From: Candidatus Latescibacterota bacterium
Lineage (GTDB): Bacteria; Latescibacterota; UBA2968; UBA8231
NCBI GenBank assembly: GCA_965217585.1
Contig: OZ244561.1
Coordinates: 1,632,001-1,696,000, forward strand
Length of the DNA stretch: 64,000 nt
Direction of reading: 5' to 3'
The notes under the pieces were generated by a model that was given only the letters and a program-made list of their open reading frames with translations, searched no databases and was not told the DNA's origin. The position numbers and the translations under genes were made by a program. Shown here piece after piece: positions 61,380-64,000 of the stretch. Position 1 is the first letter of the stretch. Every line of letters starts with the position of its first letter.

Positions 61380-63044
61380 CTAGCGCACAAGGGCAATTTT
61401 GCCCAAGTGGCTGCGGTTAGGCGACCGCAGTTGATAGAAGTAGATCCCGTTGGCCACGGCCCGACCCGGCGTCCAGCGCGGGGCGCGGCCCGGCCGATCG
61501 TGGCTCCCCGGCCACAGGTCCCAACGCTCGGCAAACACCAACCGGCCCGCTACGTCAAAAACCCTCAACTCGACGCGGCCGCGCTCGGCTAGCTGCACCG
61601 GAAAATGCACCTCCCCGTCCCGCGCTGGATTGGGAAAGGGTGCCAACAGACGGTCCTCCCTCGGCAGCACCTCGGAGAGACCACTGGCCGCCAGCGCGTT
61701 TATCTGCCCCCAGCCATACACCGTGTCGGGACCGGCCTCGCCCAAGTCCAGCGCGGTCGAGCGCAAAGCCTCTAGCACTTGGGCCGACTCCCATTTGGGA
61801 TGGATTTGCAACAACAGGGCGCACACCCCGCTCACCAAGGGCGCTGCAAAGGATGTGCCGCCCTTGCGCACATAGCCGCCGCGCCGCAGATCCGCGACCA
61901 CCACGCCGCTGCCGGGCGCGACCACATCCGGCTTGATGCGACCATCGGCCGTTGGCCCCCGCGAGCTAAAGGAGGCAATCTGCGGCACGCGCTCATCGCT
62001 GCCGGGCATATCTACCGCCCCCGCCGCAATCGCGCCATCGGCGTCTGCCGGGACCGTTATGTAGTGCCAATCCCCGTTGGCCTCATTGCCCGCGGCCACC
62101 ACCACCACGATGCCGCGCCGCACCGCCAGCGCCGCCGCCACGCTCGTCAGCGCGGTTTCCCCGTCCAGATCCGCCGGCGAGTATCCGGTGCCGTCGTCCC
62201 ACCTATTGTAGCCCAGCGAGCTGTTGACCACCTGCGCCCCCAAGCTGTCGGCCCATTCCAAACCGGCAACCCAGCGATCCTCCTCCGAGGGCAACTCGGG
62301 CAGGGTGTCGTCTAGTTCGGTCTTGGCCAAGATGTACTCGGCGTCGGGCGCCACGCCGATAAAGTGATCGGGGTGGTAGCCTGCCAGCAGGGAAAGTACT
62401 TGGGCACCGTGCAAGTTTTGGCTGCCGCTCATTTCGTCGCCCGTGATGGGTTGATCGGCCTCGTCGCCGACGACCTCATCACCATTGACAAAGTCGCGCT
62501 GGGCCACCACGCGGATTGCGCCAAAGGCCGCGTGCTCGGCGTAGTGAAAGCCGTTGTCGAGCAAGGCCACGCGCACCCCGGCACCTGTAAAACCCCGGTC
62601 GTGTAGGGGGGGAACGGCGATTTGGGCCAACTGCTCAAAGGCGAGGCCATAATGGCTTTGCAGCAACTTGGGGCTGGCAAGCGGCACCGGCGACCGCGGG
62701 CTGGGCCGCTGCAAGCGCTGCACGGGCCGAATTGCGACGACAAAGTCCGCGGCCTGCACTCGGCGCTGCACCTCGGGCGAGACCCGAGCACTGATCGCGT
62801 TGAGCCAACGCGAGGAAAAGCGCACCTCCGCCCCCATCTCCCGCAGGCGCTCGATATAGTGCTGGCTGACGGGCAGGTCCAATTCCGCGTCTGCATGACC
62901 GGCCCCCAAATCCACCCAAGCGATGCGCTGTCCGTCGGCATCTGTTTTGTCGCGCAACAGAATCCAGATATTCTGATCCGCCGCGACCGCCCAAGCCCCG
63001 GCGTGCATCAACAGGGCCGCACACCACCACACTCTCTTATTCAA
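61380..63044 (-). CDS. Subtilisin-like S8 serine peptidase with a T9SS C-terminal domain
   Basis: Triad LDNG, HGAQV, GTSFAAP; oxyanion AAGN; FPNP...VFDVAGRLV...VANGIYFY...GKIALVR; start uncertain. Confidence 0.9.
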   Translation of the reverse strand: MNKRVWWCAALLMHAGAWAVAADQNIWILLRDKTDADGQRIAWVDLGAGHADAELDLPVSQHYIERLREMGAEVRFSSRWLNAISARVSPEVQRRVQAADFVVAIRPVQRLQRPSPRSPVPLASPKLLQSHYGLAFEQLAQIAVPPLHDRGFTGAGVRVALLDNGFHYAEHAAFGAIRVVAQRDFVNGDEVVGDEADQPITGDEMSGSQNLHGAQVLSLLAGYHPDHFIGVAPDAEYILAKTELDDTLPELPSEEDRWVAGLEWADSLGAQVVNSSLGYNRWDDGTGYSPADLDGETALTSVAAALAVRRGIVVVVAAGNEANGDWHYITVPADADGAIAAGAVDMPGSDERVPQIASFSSRGPTADGRIKPDVVAPGSGVVVADLRRGGYVRKGGTSFAAPLVSGVCALLLQIHPKWESAQVLEALRSTALDLGEAGPDTVYGWGQINALAASGLSEVLPREDRLLAPFPNPARDGEVHFPVQLAERGRVELRVFDVAGRLVFAERWDLWPGSHDRPGRAPRWTPGRAVANGIYFYQLRSPNRSHLGKIALVR

Positions 63045-63681
63045 CGGGGGGTTCCCTCGTATCCAGCACCTCCACCCCTTCGGGGACCTCAAAAGCAAAA
63101 ACCTCGTCGGCTATCCTCTTGTTGGTGCGGTGATCCCTGAGCACGTACGCGGTGCGATTGCCATTGGCCTCGCGCTGCTCTACTTGCAGCAGAAACCACC
63201 TCCTGGAATCCACCCAGATCCGCATCTGTTCGACCACAGAGGATTCGTTTTCCGGTGCCATGACCAGCAAATAGCAAGGCCGCCCCCCCAACGCACTCTC
63301 CTCCACCGCAATGGGCACGTAGCGCTCGGTATAGTCGAAAAACACTTCCCAAGGGGTCTTTATTTTCGCCTCGTATGGGCTGACCACCACTTGGCCGTTG
63401 TGCACGACATACGACCAAACGGCCTCGCCATCGGCCACCACCACATCGCCACCTTCCAGTTCAATGCGAAAGCGGTTCGGACGGCGCAAATAGATCCGGC
63501 CCTCGCGGCTGCGGTACTTGTCCAGCACCGCCCAGTAAAATTGCTTTTCAAAGCGGGCTGAAAACGTCTTGTAGCTAGAGAGACGCTTCTGTACCCTAGC
63601 GATGATTTCTTCACCGCTCTGCCCGAGGGCTGCGCTCGCTGCCAAGCCCAAACAAAAAACAGGCCACAACCACAGTCTCAT
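63037..63681 (-). CDS. lolA: Outer-membrane lipoprotein carrier protein
   Basis: Signal peptide; [31 protein letters not shown]; follows ftsK. Confidence 0.85.
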   Translation of the reverse strand: MRLWLWPVFCLGLAASAALGQSGEEIIARVQKRLSSYKTFSARFEKQFYWAVLDKYRSREGRIYLRRPNRFRIELEGGDVVVADGEAVWSYVVHNGQVVVSPYEAKIKTPWEVFFDYTERYVPIAVEESALGGRPCYLLVMAPENESSVVEQMRIWVDSRRWFLLQVEQREANGNRTAYVLRDHRTNKRIADEVFAFEVPEGVEVLDTREPPVE

Positions 63682-64000
63682 TCTTCCGCGTACTCCTCTT
63701 CCGCGCTTTCGACGAGAATCTGGCGCGGCTTAGCCCCTTCGATTGGCCCGACGATAGCGGCGGCCTCCAGCTCGTCCATCAGGCGCGCGGCGCGGGAATA
63801 ACCAACTTTCAAGCGCCGCTGCAAAAACGACGTGGAGGCCTGCTGGTGTTCGCAGACTAAGCGCACGGCCTCGTCAAAGAGGTCGTCGCGCATATTGGAA
63901 CCCGCGTTAATATCCACCTGCTCGGAAAACACCGCAACTTCCTCGGCCTCGTACTGGCTCTCCTTCAATGCCTCAACCAAGCGCTCGGTTTCCTCGCCAG
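63678..64000 (-). CDS. ftsK: FtsK DNA translocase, 3' end (gamma domain); partial
   Basis: DDLFDEAV...[25 protein letters not shown]...KPRQIL. Confidence 0.92.
   Translation of the reverse strand, partial: GEETERLVEALKESQYEAEEVAVFSEQVDINAGSNMRDDLFDEAVRLVCEHQQASTSFLQRRLKVGYSRAARLMDELEAAAIVGPIEGAKPRQILVESAEEEYAEE

Overview
GC-rich chromosomal window from a diderm bacterium, with almost every gene on the minus strand. The gene content (T9SS-type C-terminal sorting domains, a PorV/UPF0164-like barrel, a lolE-lolD-mcsA-mcsB-clpC-bamA-skp cluster, a large SRP RNA) points by inference to an FCB-group lineage such as Latescibacterota or its relatives. Housekeeping genes: pgpA, pgsA, recR, dnaX, SRP RNA, three tRNAs, tadA, lysA, ilvE, rsmA, holB, rimI, tsaB, ruvCAB, yebC, an EF-G2, a complete rRNA operon (16S, tRNA-Ile, 23S, 5S), pyrB, fabZ, frameshifted prfB, lolA and the ftsK 3' end. 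The most interesting feature is a tightly packed run of about 20 kb (28234 down to 8235). In it, a peptide-ABC binding protein and its two permeases, with no ABC ATPase, bracket two modules. One is an uncharacterised inner-membrane module: a GlmL-like ASKHA ATPase with no glutamate mutase, a barrel-sandwich/KOW protein, two apparently paralogous membrane-anchored proteins with predicted opposite topology, and two polytopic membrane proteins. The other is an outer-membrane cassette: TonB-dependent receptor, T9SS cargo, PorV-like barrel and TPR lipoprotein. Other points are an unannotated 38-aa basic protein, the lack of lipid A genes at the bamA-skp-fabZ locus, and 16S mismatches to common primers and probes. 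No CRISPR array, transposase, integrase or prophage was seen. Family names are recalled from motifs; no database searches were run.
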